From positions 56,989 through 120,988 of the forward strand of contig JAPLVK010000021.1 in NCBI GenBank assembly GCA_026397175.1: a stretch of 64,000 nucleotides of DNA. Reading direction: 5' to 3'. The position numbers and the translations under genes were made by a program. The notes beneath the pieces were generated by a model, which was given only the letters and a program-made list of their open reading frames with translations, searched no databases and had not been told where the DNA came from. The stretch is from Candidatus Berkelbacteria bacterium (GTDB lineage: Bacteria > Patescibacteriota > UBA1384 > DTJR01). Every line of letters starts with the position of its first letter. The stretch's first letter is position 1. Shown here one piece after another: positions 10,158 to 19,405 of the stretch.

Positions 10158-10199
10158 TTTCGTGTACCTTTTTCTCGATCGAGAAAAAGGTACACGAAA
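10158..10199. repeat. Perfect 42-bp spacerless palindrome centred on CGATCG
   Basis: TTTCGTGTACCTTTTTCTCGA|TCGAGAAAAAGGTACACGAAA. Confidence 0.9.
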
Positions 10200-10269
10200 G
10201 TTCTGATATAAGTTGCAAAATTTGGCACTATTTTGATTATATTTTAGATCGAAGATTATCTTTTTAATT

Positions 10270-10310
10270 AAAAAACAAAACGGCCCGTCTCGAAAAATCG
10301 AGACGGGCCG
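10270..10310 (-). terminator. Intrinsic terminator of 10324..11145
   Basis: 13-bp stem CGGCCCGTCTCGA/TCGAGACGGGCCG followed by a U-rich tract on the minus strand. Confidence 0.8.
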
Positions 10311-10323
10311 GTGAATCTAGGAG

Positions 10324-11145
10324 CTACTGTCGTGCCAAAGGGTCAACCAACCCGGGCATCATGTCAATGCGATAACCGACCCACTCGAGTCGGGTAGCCG
10401 GCTGTACTTCATAGAAACGCTTGCTGACCAGACGGTCCACAGTCAGTTCCGCGAGGATGCTCGGTGATTTCTTGTTATCACGCATCCCGTAGAAACTGTT
10501 GCGAATCCGCCACAACATATGGTCAATGTGTACGCGATGCTCATCGGGGTTTTCCCCGGGACCGGAAACAATGTGTGCAGCGAGGTTAGAGATCTCGCCA
10601 AAGACGGGATGGCTATCCACGACATCATCACAGGTGTTGAGGGTTTCGCTGGTGAGTAGATCCGCCAAAAAGTCGGGCGGATAGAGCGCGTATCTGTTCC
10701 CGCTATCTGTGAAGTAATGTTTCCGATCCCTCGGAAGGTAGATCCAGGCGAGCGATTCGAAGACGCCGAGCAGCATGCCAGCCAGATACTCGGTCCCCCA
10801 GAATTTTGATGGCCACTTGTCGCTTGGTTCGATGATGGGATTGCATAGTCCGCGCAGCACTTGCCAATCGTTTGTGGCAACAGTGCACATAAGGCACAAG
10901 CCGGCGACATCCTCCGTTTCGTTTGTGGCCAGCATCATGCTCGTGATTGCTTGCTCGACCGGGAACTCATCGAGTGATACTGCATCCCAACCATCGCGCA
11001 GCGCCTTGAACACGCTAGTTAACAGCGCTTTGCCTTGTGGGTCTTGTGCTAGCGTTGTGTCCCCACTGGTCTCGTAGGCGTTCACCAGCTCGACCAGTGT
11101 TTCGACTCCACCTTTGCGACCAAACTGTCTCACATCCATGGTCAT
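10324..11145 (-). CDS. Hypothetical protein, GC-richer than the backbone
   Basis: 273-aa ORF with AGGAGGAG RBS and its own terminator; no recognisable motif. Confidence 0.75.
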   Translation of the reverse strand: MTMDVRQFGRKGGVETLVELVNAYETSGDTTLAQDPQGKALLTSVFKALRDGWDAVSLDEFPVEQAITSMMLATNETEDVAGLCLMCTVATNDWQVLRGLCNPIIEPSDKWPSKFWGTEYLAGMLLGVFESLAWIYLPRDRKHYFTDSGNRYALYPPDFLADLLTSETLNTCDDVVDSHPVFGEISNLAAHIVSGPGENPDEHRVHIDHMLWRIRNSFYGMRDNKKSPSILAELTVDRLVSKRFYEVQPATRLEWVGYRIDMMPGLVDPLARQ

Positions 11146-11381
11146 CTCCTCCTAAGAGATGGATTCCCTACTCCCGCGATTAACAGAAACAGGGTTGCGA
11201 TTTCAATCCCCGATTAAGGGATCGTCCGCTTGTCCCGATTAAGGACTTGCGAATTGCCAAAATCATACTCTTTTTTCAAAATTATCAAGTGTTCTGATGT
11301 TTTTGTTGCAAGGATTGATTTTCGTATTGATTTAAGCTATACTCAACAGGTTACAAGGAGCCAATAACATCTTTTTCAAAA

Positions 11382-13205
11382 ATGATCCGAAATGTCGCTA
11401 TCATTGCCCATGTAGATCACGGAAAAACCACACTTGTTGATGGTTTGTTAAAGCAGTCCAAAACATTTCGCGACAACGAAGCGGAAATGGGTCAGACGCT
11501 TATTATGGACTCGAATGATCAAGAGCGGGAGCGCGGAATCACGATTTTGGCCAAGAATACGGCGGTTGAATATAACGGTGTCAAAATTAACATTATTGAT
11601 ACTCCGGGCCACGCCGATTTTGGCGGAGAAGTTGAACGCACTTTAAATATGGCCGATGGCGCGATTTTGGTTATTGACGCGCAAGAAGGCCCGATGCCGC
11701 AAACCAAATTTGTTTTAAAAAAAGCCCTCGAAATCGGTCTTAAAATAATTGTGGTTATCAACAAAATTGACAAGAAAAATGCTCGAGTTGATGAGGTCAT
11801 CGAGCGAACTTCGGATTTATTTTTAGATCTCGCCCATCACGAATCACATCTTGATTTTCCTACCTTTTATTCAATTGCCAAACAGGGCAAGGCCTGGTCT
11901 AAGATGCCGGAAAATTTTGATGAGCCGGCGGACTTAAGCGATATTTTTGAAGCGATTATTAAATATGTCCCCGAACCAAAATCAGATCCCGACGGGCCTT
12001 TTCAAATGCTCGTTTCAGCCCTTGATTGGGATTCGTATCAGGGTAAATATGCTATCGGTAAAATTAGTCGAGGCAAAGCAAGACAGGGGTTGTCTGTCGC
12101 ACTTATTTGCGATAATGGTGTTTTAGAAAATACAAAAATTGACAAGGTCTTTATCAGCGTCGGGCTCAAGAGAGTGGAAGATAAAGAGGCGCGATCGGGC
12201 GATATTGTTGCCATCACCGGAATTAAAAATGCCGGAATTGGCGACACGATTGCCGATGCGCAAAATCCCGAACCGTTGCCTCGAATCAAAATCGAAGAGC
12301 CGACGCTCTCGATGGCGGTCTCCGCCAACACTTCTCCTTTTGCTGGGCGCGAAGGTCAGTTTGTAACCGGTCGCCAGATTCTGGAGCGGATTAAAAAAGA
12401 GCTCGAGACAAATGTCTCTTTAAAATTAAAAATTAACGATCAAGGTGAATATATTTTATCGGGCCGGGGCGAGTTGCATTTATCGGTTTTTATCGAAAAC
12501 TTGCGCCGCGAGGGCTTTGAGCTTCAAATTGGAAAACCGGAAGTGATTACCAAAACAGTTGACGGTGAAGTACAGGAGCCGGTTGAGGAGTTGACGATTG
12601 ATGTTGAGGACAATTTTGCCAACAATGTGATCGCCGAAGTTATCAAAAGGAAAGGAACCCTTCACTCGCAAATGCCATTGCACGATGGCAGTACAAGATT
12701 GGTTTTTGAAATTACAACTAGGGGTCTTTTAGGACTTCGAAATCAACTTTTGACCCTGTCCCGCGGCACGGCCGTTGCCAGCTCATTATTTTTGCGATTT
12801 GAAAAAATTGGTTCAGCCATTGCTCGACTTCGAAACGGTGTTTTGATTGCGGCGGAGGACGGCAAGGCCGTGGTTTATGGTTTAGACATTGCCCAAGGCC
12901 GAGGAATCACATTTATTGAGCCGCAAACCCAAGTTTATCACGGCATGATTATTGGTTTAAATTCAAAAGAAAGCGATATTGAAATTAATGTGGCCAAAGA
13001 AAAACATTTAACAAATATTAGGGCTTCAAGCTCGGATATTGCCACCATTTTAACAAAAGCCACAATTTTAACATTGGAACAATGTATTGATTTTTTAGAA
13101 GATGATGAGCTTTTGGAAGTTACGCCAAAGTCACTTCGTCTTCGCAAAAAAATCCTCGACCCGACTTTACGCTCTCGGGCGAGAAATCGCATATCCTCGA
13201 ACTAA
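11382..13205 (+). CDS. typA: Translational GTPase TypA/BipA
   Basis: [45 protein letters not shown]. Confidence 0.97.
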   Translation: MIRNVAIIAHVDHGKTTLVDGLLKQSKTFRDNEAEMGQTLIMDSNDQERERGITILAKNTAVEYNGVKINIIDTPGHADFGGEVERTLNMADGAILVIDAQEGPMPQTKFVLKKALEIGLKIIVVINKIDKKNARVDEVIERTSDLFLDLAHHESHLDFPTFYSIAKQGKAWSKMPENFDEPADLSDIFEAIIKYVPEPKSDPDGPFQMLVSALDWDSYQGKYAIGKISRGKARQGLSVALICDNGVLENTKIDKVFISVGLKRVEDKEARSGDIVAITGIKNAGIGDTIADAQNPEPLPRIKIEEPTLSMAVSANTSPFAGREGQFVTGRQILERIKKELETNVSLKLKINDQGEYILSGRGELHLSVFIENLRREGFELQIGKPEVITKTVDGEVQEPVEELTIDVEDNFANNVIAEVIKRKGTLHSQMPLHDGSTRLVFEITTRGLLGLRNQLLTLSRGTAVASSLFLRFEKIGSAIARLRNGVLIAAEDGKAVVYGLDIAQGRGITFIEPQTQVYHGMIIGLNSKESDIEINVAKEKHLTNIRASSSDIATILTKATILTLEQCIDFLEDDELLEVTPKSLRLRKKILDPTLRSRARNRISSN

Positions 13206-13235
13206 TTTTGACTTTTAACATTTAACCTTTGACTT

Positions 13236-13271
13236 CAGGAAAATTGTCTTCAGGTATTGACAATTTTCCTG
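13236..13271. promoter_or_regulatory. 13-bp inverted repeat (terminator or operator) overlapping a TTGACA
   Basis: CAGGAAAATTGTC-10 nt-GACAATTTTCCTG. Confidence 0.5.
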
Positions 13272-13327
13272 TTATGTATAATGTTATATATAATTATGAA
13301 ATAAAAGGATGGGGCGGAAGGTTATAG

Positions 13328-13558
13328 ATGAAAAATATCAATATCAATCAGCTTCAGTCGCAAATTTCGCGAGTGATGAAAGATGTTGAAGGGGGAGAAA
13401 CATACGAGGTTATGCGCTACTCTAAACCGGTAGCTGTAATTACCGCCAAAGACAAAAGTAAAAAAAATTCGGATGATAAATGCGATTCATGCGCTCAAAA
13501 GATGGATCAAATTATCATGCTTTTAAGTTTAAAAGGCGACAAAATTGATGCAAAATAA
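13328..13558 (+). CDS. Phd/YefM-like DNA-binding protein (no adjacent toxin)
   Basis: ININQLQSQISRVMKDVEGGETYEVMRYSKPVAVI matches the Phd N-terminal pattern; CxxC in the tail. Confidence 0.7.
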   Translation: MKNININQLQSQISRVMKDVEGGETYEVMRYSKPVAVITAKDKSKKNSDDKCDSCAQKMDQIIMLLSLKGDKIDAK

Positions 13559-14777
13559 ACAAGTTTATTTAGATTACGCTTCGACCACACCAACCGATCC
13601 AAAGGTTGTTCAGGCCATGCTGCCTTATTTTAGTGATGTTTTTGCCAATCCTTCGGCGCTATATCGCCCCGCTCTAAAAGCAAAAGCTGCAATTGATAAA
13701 TCCCGCCAGATAATCGCTGACTTTTTGGGAGCTAAACCGTCTGAAATCATTTTTACTTCAGGTGGAACGGAATCAGATAATTTAGCAATTTTGGGAATTG
13801 CAAGATTTATTAAAAAAGGGCATATTGTCACTTCTCAAATCGAGCATCCGGCGGTTTTGAATTCTTGCAAGCAGCTTAAAAAAGAAGGGTTTGAAGTCAC
13901 TTATCTTAAACCCGATCATGACGGATTTATTTCTCCACAGGATGTTAAAAAAGCGCTCAAAAAAAATACGATTTTGGTTTCTATAATGTATGCCAATAAC
14001 GAGATTGGGACGATACAGCCGGTAAAAGAAATCTCGAATATTATTCGGGATTTCAAATTATCAAAATTCAAATCTCAAAATTCAAATAAATCTCAATTTC
14101 CAAAATCTAAAAATTTGGGATTTAGTGCTTTGGATTTGATGCTTGAAAAATCGTACCCGCTTTTTCACTCTGATTCTTGCCAGGCGGCCGAATATTTAGA
14201 TATGAATGTTTCGCGCCTTGGCGTTGATCTATTGACTTTTAACGGATCAAAAATTTATGGGCCAAAAGGAATCGGTGTCTTATATATAAAGGAAGGCACA
14301 AAAATTGAACTAATCATTTATGGTGGTGGACAAGAAAATCAAATGCGCTCCGGGACCGAAAATGTTCCGTTGATTGTCGGCATTGCTGAAGCAGTCAAAC
14401 TAATCAAAAAATCAAAAACCGAAAAAGCCCACAGGGATTATTTAATCCGAGAACTCTTAAAAATTAAAGATGTCTCGTTGAACGGATCAATAAAAAATCG
14501 CCTCGATAATAATGTCAATGTTTCAATCAAAGGCGTCGAGGGCGAATCGGCCGTTTTGTATCTCGATCGCGAAGGAATTTTTGTTTCAACCGGTTCGGCC
14601 TGTTCCAGCAAATCGCTCGAGCCCTCACATGTTATTCAAGCCATCGGTGCGGGGCGCGAAGCGGCGCACAGCTCTTTGCGCATAACATTGGGGCGCAAAA
14701 CCACCAAAACAGAGATTGATTATTTTCTAAAAAAAGTTAAAATTATTGTGGAAAATTTAAGAGAAATAAGCGCATAA
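13545..14777 (+). CDS. iscS: Cysteine desulfurase with an in-frame repeat insertion
   Basis: YLDYASTTP, FTSGGTESDN, KIYGPKG, RSGTEN, STGSACSS. Confidence 0.93.
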   Translation: MMQNKQVYLDYASTTPTDPKVVQAMLPYFSDVFANPSALYRPALKAKAAIDKSRQIIADFLGAKPSEIIFTSGGTESDNLAILGIARFIKKGHIVTSQIEHPAVLNSCKQLKKEGFEVTYLKPDHDGFISPQDVKKALKKNTILVSIMYANNEIGTIQPVKEISNIIRDFKLSKFKSQNSNKSQFPKSKNLGFSALDLMLEKSYPLFHSDSCQAAEYLDMNVSRLGVDLLTFNGSKIYGPKGIGVLYIKEGTKIELIIYGGGQENQMRSGTENVPLIVGIAEAVKLIKKSKTEKAHRDYLIRELLKIKDVSLNGSIKNRLDNNVNVSIKGVEGESAVLYLDREGIFVSTGSACSSKSLEPSHVIQAIGAGREAAHSSLRITLGRKTTKTEIDYFLKKVKIIVENLREISA

Positions 14778-14781
14778 AAAA

Positions 14782-15219
14782 ATGAAAAGCGATTTTGATG
14801 TCAAAGAACAATCGGGGACTAAATGGATTTATTCTCAAAAAGTTGAAGATCACTTTTTTAGTCCCAGAAATGTCATGACTAGAAATATCAAAAAAACCGG
14901 CTACAACGGGTATGGCGCAGTCGGCTCTCCCGCATGCGGCGATGTTATGCGCGTCTGGTTAAAAATTAAAAACAATAAAATAATTGATTTTAAGTGGAAG
15001 ACATTTGGTTGTGCTTCGGCCATTGCCGCTACCAGCATTTTGTCCGAAATGGCTACTGGAAAATCAATTGATTTGGCCTATAAAATTACCGCCCAAGATA
15101 TTGTTAAAAAACTAGGCGGATTACCGAAGAGAAAAATCCATTGTTCTATATTGGGCGATCAGGCCTTGCGCCTTGCCATCGAGAACTATCGCAATCAGAA
15201 GCCAAAAAAAGTATTATAG
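14782..15219 (+). CDS. iscU: Fe-S scaffold IscU/NifU
   Basis: GSPACGDVM, KTFGCASAIA, KIHCS. Confidence 0.92.
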   Translation: MKSDFDVKEQSGTKWIYSQKVEDHFFSPRNVMTRNIKKTGYNGYGAVGSPACGDVMRVWLKIKNNKIIDFKWKTFGCASAIAATSILSEMATGKSIDLAYKITAQDIVKKLGGLPKRKIHCSILGDQALRLAIENYRNQKPKKVL

Positions 15220-15223
15220 AAGT

Positions 15224-16156
15224 GTGAATATTGTCGATTTAATTTTTATTGCGCTGTTTGCTCTGGTAGCCATCTTTTGTTTTAAGATTTCTTTTTTGGT
15301 TGCGCTTGAATCAATAATCTCTTTGGCTCTTAGTTTTTTTATCGGCTCTAAATCGCTAAATTTTTTACTTTCGATTTTGGAAAAGTTTGGTTGGCGCGAA
15401 AATATTTATACGCCTTCTTTGGTTTTGATTTTAGCAATTGTGATTATTTGGGGCGTAATCCAATCATTGTTTTCGATTATTTTTTCTAAAAAAACCGAGG
15501 CAACAATCTTTAGCAAATGTTTTTCTTTTGTTTTTGCTTTTATTTTTGCGCTGATTGTGGCCACGATTGCGTGTCTAACTTTTCCTCCTTTTTTCTCATC
15601 TTCAAATTCCTATGATTGTTTAACCGAGTCGCGCATTTGCTCCCTTTCAAAAAAATTAAATTTATCAAAGTCGCTTGATCTATCGGCGCTTCAAGGCAAT
15701 GTTTTAAATTTTATGACGCCTAAATCAGAAACGGACGCGATAATTTTGCCGGACTATCTTAAAAAAAACGGGCAGAATATGAGTGCAGAAAACGAAATAT
15801 TTAGTTTAGTCAATCAAGAACGAAAAACAAATGATCTCAAAGTGTTAGCAGCGGACGCTAATTTAAATCTTCTAGCTCAAAACTACGCCGAAACAATCCT
15901 CCAGACAAAATATTTTTCCCATTATGATATGTCCAAAAAAATGCCTGACGCACGGGCCAAAGCCGCCAATTATAATTTTAATTATTTCGGAGAAAATCTG
16001 GCAATTGCCGAAAATGTGCAAGTTGCACACAAAATATTGATGGATAGTTCGGCTCACAAAGAAAACATTTTATCGCCGATTTATCAAAGGGTCGGTATTG
16101 CGGTATTTAATCTTAAACCAAATTCGATTTTGGTCGTTGAGGAATTTTCAAACTAG
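15224..16156 (+). CDS. CvpA-like membrane domain fused to a CAP/SCP domain
   Basis: Multi-TM N-terminus; LVNQER..YFSH..GENLA..LMDSSAHKENIL..VGI; start moved to GTG 15224. Confidence 0.8.
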   Translation: MNIVDLIFIALFALVAIFCFKISFLVALESIISLALSFFIGSKSLNFLLSILEKFGWRENIYTPSLVLILAIVIIWGVIQSLFSIIFSKKTEATIFSKCFSFVFAFIFALIVATIACLTFPPFFSSSNSYDCLTESRICSLSKKLNLSKSLDLSALQGNVLNFMTPKSETDAIILPDYLKKNGQNMSAENEIFSLVNQERKTNDLKVLAADANLNLLAQNYAETILQTKYFSHYDMSKKMPDARAKAANYNFNYFGENLAIAENVQVAHKILMDSSAHKENILSPIYQRVGIAVFNLKPNSILVVEEFSN

Positions 16157-16171
16157 ACATAATTTTTTTAA

Positions 16172-16963
16172 ATGATTTTAAACGGAAAAAAAATCGCAGA
16201 CGAAATATTCAACAGTTTAAAAGAACTTCAGCCGCCCGAAGGAAAATTTGTTGTTATTCAGGTTGGAAATGATCCCGTCAGCAACCTCTATGTTTTGCAG
16301 AAAAAAGCGATGGCAGAAAAACTTAATTTTGTTATCGAGGTGCAAAAATTTGATGAGATTGTTTCGGAAGATGAGCTCAAACAGGAAATCACTCAATTAA
16401 ACAATGACCCAAAAGTGCGGGCAATTATGGTGCAAATGCCGCTGCCGAAAAATATTGATCGAATCAAAATAAGTGAGTTAATTGATGTAAAAAAAGATGT
16501 TGATGGCTTCTCTTATATTTTAGAAAAATCACCCTTCACATTTTTCCCGCCGACGATTTTGGCAATTGATGAAATTTTGCGCTATTACAAAATTTCAAAA
16601 ATAAATAAAAAAATATTAATTGTGGGAGAGGGTTTTTTGGTAGGAAAACCGTTATTTCATTTTTACAAGGACCAGAAACTTGCCGTAAGTGTTTTAAAAA
16701 AAGATGATGCGGACTATGAAAAAAAACTTAAAGAGTCGGACATTATAGTCGTGGCAACCGGCGGAGGAAGGGTTTTTTCAAAAGATGATTTTAAGTCGGG
16801 CGTAACCGTAATTGATGCCAGCACTGTTTCGGACGAAGGAAAAATCAGAGGAGATGTCAATTTAGCTGATTGGCCAAATGGTGTAAATATCGCTCCGGTT
16901 CCGGGAGGAGTCGGCCCGCTAACCGTAGCGATGCTTATGAAAAACTATTATTCTTTATCGTAA
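16172..16963 (+). CDS. folD: Methylenetetrahydrofolate dehydrogenase/cyclohydrolase
   Basis: VQMPLP, KDVDG, APVPGGVGPLTVAML. Confidence 0.93.
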   Translation: MILNGKKIADEIFNSLKELQPPEGKFVVIQVGNDPVSNLYVLQKKAMAEKLNFVIEVQKFDEIVSEDELKQEITQLNNDPKVRAIMVQMPLPKNIDRIKISELIDVKKDVDGFSYILEKSPFTFFPPTILAIDEILRYYKISKINKKILIVGEGFLVGKPLFHFYKDQKLAVSVLKKDDADYEKKLKESDIIVVATGGGRVFSKDDFKSGVTVIDASTVSDEGKIRGDVNLADWPNGVNIAPVPGGVGPLTVAMLMKNYYSLS

Positions 16964-17018
16964 AAATAATCTTTGGCTGCTTTGTTTCCCTATAACATTT
17001 TGATATGCTGGATTGGTC

Positions 17019-18215
17019 ATGAAAAAACTCAAAAAAATTAAAGTACTATTTGTCGTTTTCTTTGCGGTCTCGCTTTTTATTTCCGGTTCAATCGGATATT
17101 TTATTGGGCACAAAAATCTTTACCTTAATGGCACAACTCCTCATTTTGTTAATTCAGATAAAAACAAACCGGACAATGTTGATTTTTCTTTGTTTTGGGA
17201 TGCGTATCAAAAAGTCAAAGAAAATTATTATGGCGATATCAATATGCAAAATTATCTTTACGGGGCAATTTCCGGCGCTTATGCCTCGCTCGGTGATCCC
17301 TACACGGCATTTTTGTCGCCCGATTTAAATAAGGAATTTCAGGACGAGCTTTCTGGAGATTTGGAGGGAGTCGGAATCAAAATGGGGGTTTTGGACGGCT
17401 ACCCAACGGTTATCGCGCCACTTGACGGGTCGCCGGCGTATAAGGCAGGTATGAAAGCGAAAGATAAAATTATTAAAGTTGATGATCTTGAAACCAAGGA
17501 TCTTTCGCTTGACTTCGTCGTTTCAAAAATTCGCGGTCCATCCGGCACGAAAGTCAAATTAGCTTTCGTTCGAGATGGTGAAAATAAAATTAGGGAAGTC
17601 GAGCTGACGAGAGCCAAAATTGATGTTAAAACCGTCGAGTTAAATTATAAAGGTGATGTGGCGGTTATTACCATTAATGAATTTGGAGTTGACACGACGC
17701 AGGAATTTAAAAAATTTTCAGGAGAAATTACGGGCAAAAACATTAATAAAGTAATTCTTGATTTAAGAAACAATCCCGGGGGACTTTTGGACGGATCGAT
17801 TGATATTGCCGGATTTATTTTCCCCAAAGATACAATGGTTGTTTCAGAGCAAGGGAAATCCGACAAGGTAGATCACAAATCAACAGGACAAGGTGAGCTA
17901 AAAAATGTTAATTTAGTCGTTTTGGTAAATGGCGGAAGTGCCTCTGCGGCGGAAATTTTGGCTGGGGCCATCAAAGACAACAAACGAGGCCAAATTATTG
18001 GCGAAAAGACATTTGGCAAAGGAACGGTGCAGATTTTGAGTAACTTAAAGGATAACTCCTCGGCCAAAATAACGGTGGCCAAGTGGCTGACTCCATCCGG
18101 GCAAAACATTGACAAAAACGGCATCCAACCGGATATCGAGGTAAAGGACTCGGATAATCCTAATTTTGATACTAATGATCCGATTTTGAATCGTGCTCTT
18201 TTAGAGCTAAAATAA
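17019..18215 (+). CDS. S41 C-terminal processing protease (CtpA-like)
   Basis: DPYT, PDZ, DLRNNPGG, SASAAEI, TFGKGTVQ. Confidence 0.93.
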   Translation: MKKLKKIKVLFVVFFAVSLFISGSIGYFIGHKNLYLNGTTPHFVNSDKNKPDNVDFSLFWDAYQKVKENYYGDINMQNYLYGAISGAYASLGDPYTAFLSPDLNKEFQDELSGDLEGVGIKMGVLDGYPTVIAPLDGSPAYKAGMKAKDKIIKVDDLETKDLSLDFVVSKIRGPSGTKVKLAFVRDGENKIREVELTRAKIDVKTVELNYKGDVAVITINEFGVDTTQEFKKFSGEITGKNINKVILDLRNNPGGLLDGSIDIAGFIFPKDTMVVSEQGKSDKVDHKSTGQGELKNVNLVVLVNGGSASAAEILAGAIKDNKRGQIIGEKTFGKGTVQILSNLKDNSSAKITVAKWLTPSGQNIDKNGIQPDIEVKDSDNPNFDTNDPILNRALLELK

Positions 18216-18265
18216 TTTGATTTTTTCTCCATATAAAGTCATAATTAATCTTTAGGGGAGGAAAA

Positions 18266-19405
18266 ATTAAATTTTCTCGTGTCAGAAATTATTTAAGTAA
18301 ATTCTCAAAACGATCTCTTTTTACTTTTGCTTCTGTATTTGTGTTATTTTTGGCTTCCGGCGCTGTTGTTTTAGCCCAAACCGGTCATTTCAAAATTCTG
18401 GCTGATGTTATAGCTCCAAAAGCGGCTTTAGACAATGGAAGTTTACAAGTTTATATCAAAGATAAAGATACTCTTAAACCAGCATCAGGATCTCTTTCTG
18501 TCGAGTTATGGCAAGACAATACTTATATTACGAGATCTGCGGCTATTGCTTCGGAAACGAGCACAATTGCCTATTTCGGAGGTCTTTCAATCGGAACAAC
18601 CTACTATGTTAAATTAGAATCACCAACGCAAATGCCGGTATGCATCGGACAAAGTGTAGTTATTGCCGATGGTCTGCCGACTAAAACAGAACTTATATCA
18701 CCTTGCCAAACAGAATCCAAAACGCCAGAACCCAACAAGACCCAAACAGCAACTCCGGCTCCTACTTCGACCGGTTCTATTATTCCCTCCACCAAATTTG
18801 TCCTAACCGGCACGGTCTATGGCGGAGATGGTGAAACAACTCTACTCGCTGGTGCTACAGTTGACCTTTGGAATATCCCTGCTAACAAAAGCGTCTCTTC
18901 TGTCCAAACGAAGCCAGATGGAACATTCGAACTGCCAGTTGATTTACCATCCGGTAAAACGGTTGTTTTCCCGAAGGACTACTTTTTGCAATTCACAGCT
19001 ACAAATTACACTTCATTCGCAATCAACCCGCTCTCACAGAAATTCCCCAGCAATAATTTCGATGGAGGAAAGTCATACGATATAGGCAAGGTTCATCTTT
19101 ACAAAATACAATCAGCAACTCCAACGCCGACTGCGACAGCTACAATTGTTAAATCAAATCCAGATGTTACTCCAACGGCGGCTGTTGTAGTAAAGAAGTT
19201 TGATGTAGTCGGTTATATCGGATCTGAAACCCCGGAATTTTATCTTGATGGTATCAACTTGCAGCTTGTTATGAAGAGAGGCACCACAACCCATAACTAC
19301 AAGACAGTTACAACTGCCGAGGCGATAGATTCTCGAACCGGAGAGCAAAAAGTTAATTCTTGTTTGCCGATGCGACATACACTCTTATTCCTAAACTTAA
19401 TTTAG
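18266..19405 (+). pseudogene. 5' part of a large secreted protein split by a frameshift near 19355 (true start probably upstream of 18341)
   Basis: Signal-like region extends upstream of GTG 18341 to ATT 18266 after GGGGAGG; the reading continues in another frame into 19360..22296. Confidence 0.55.
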
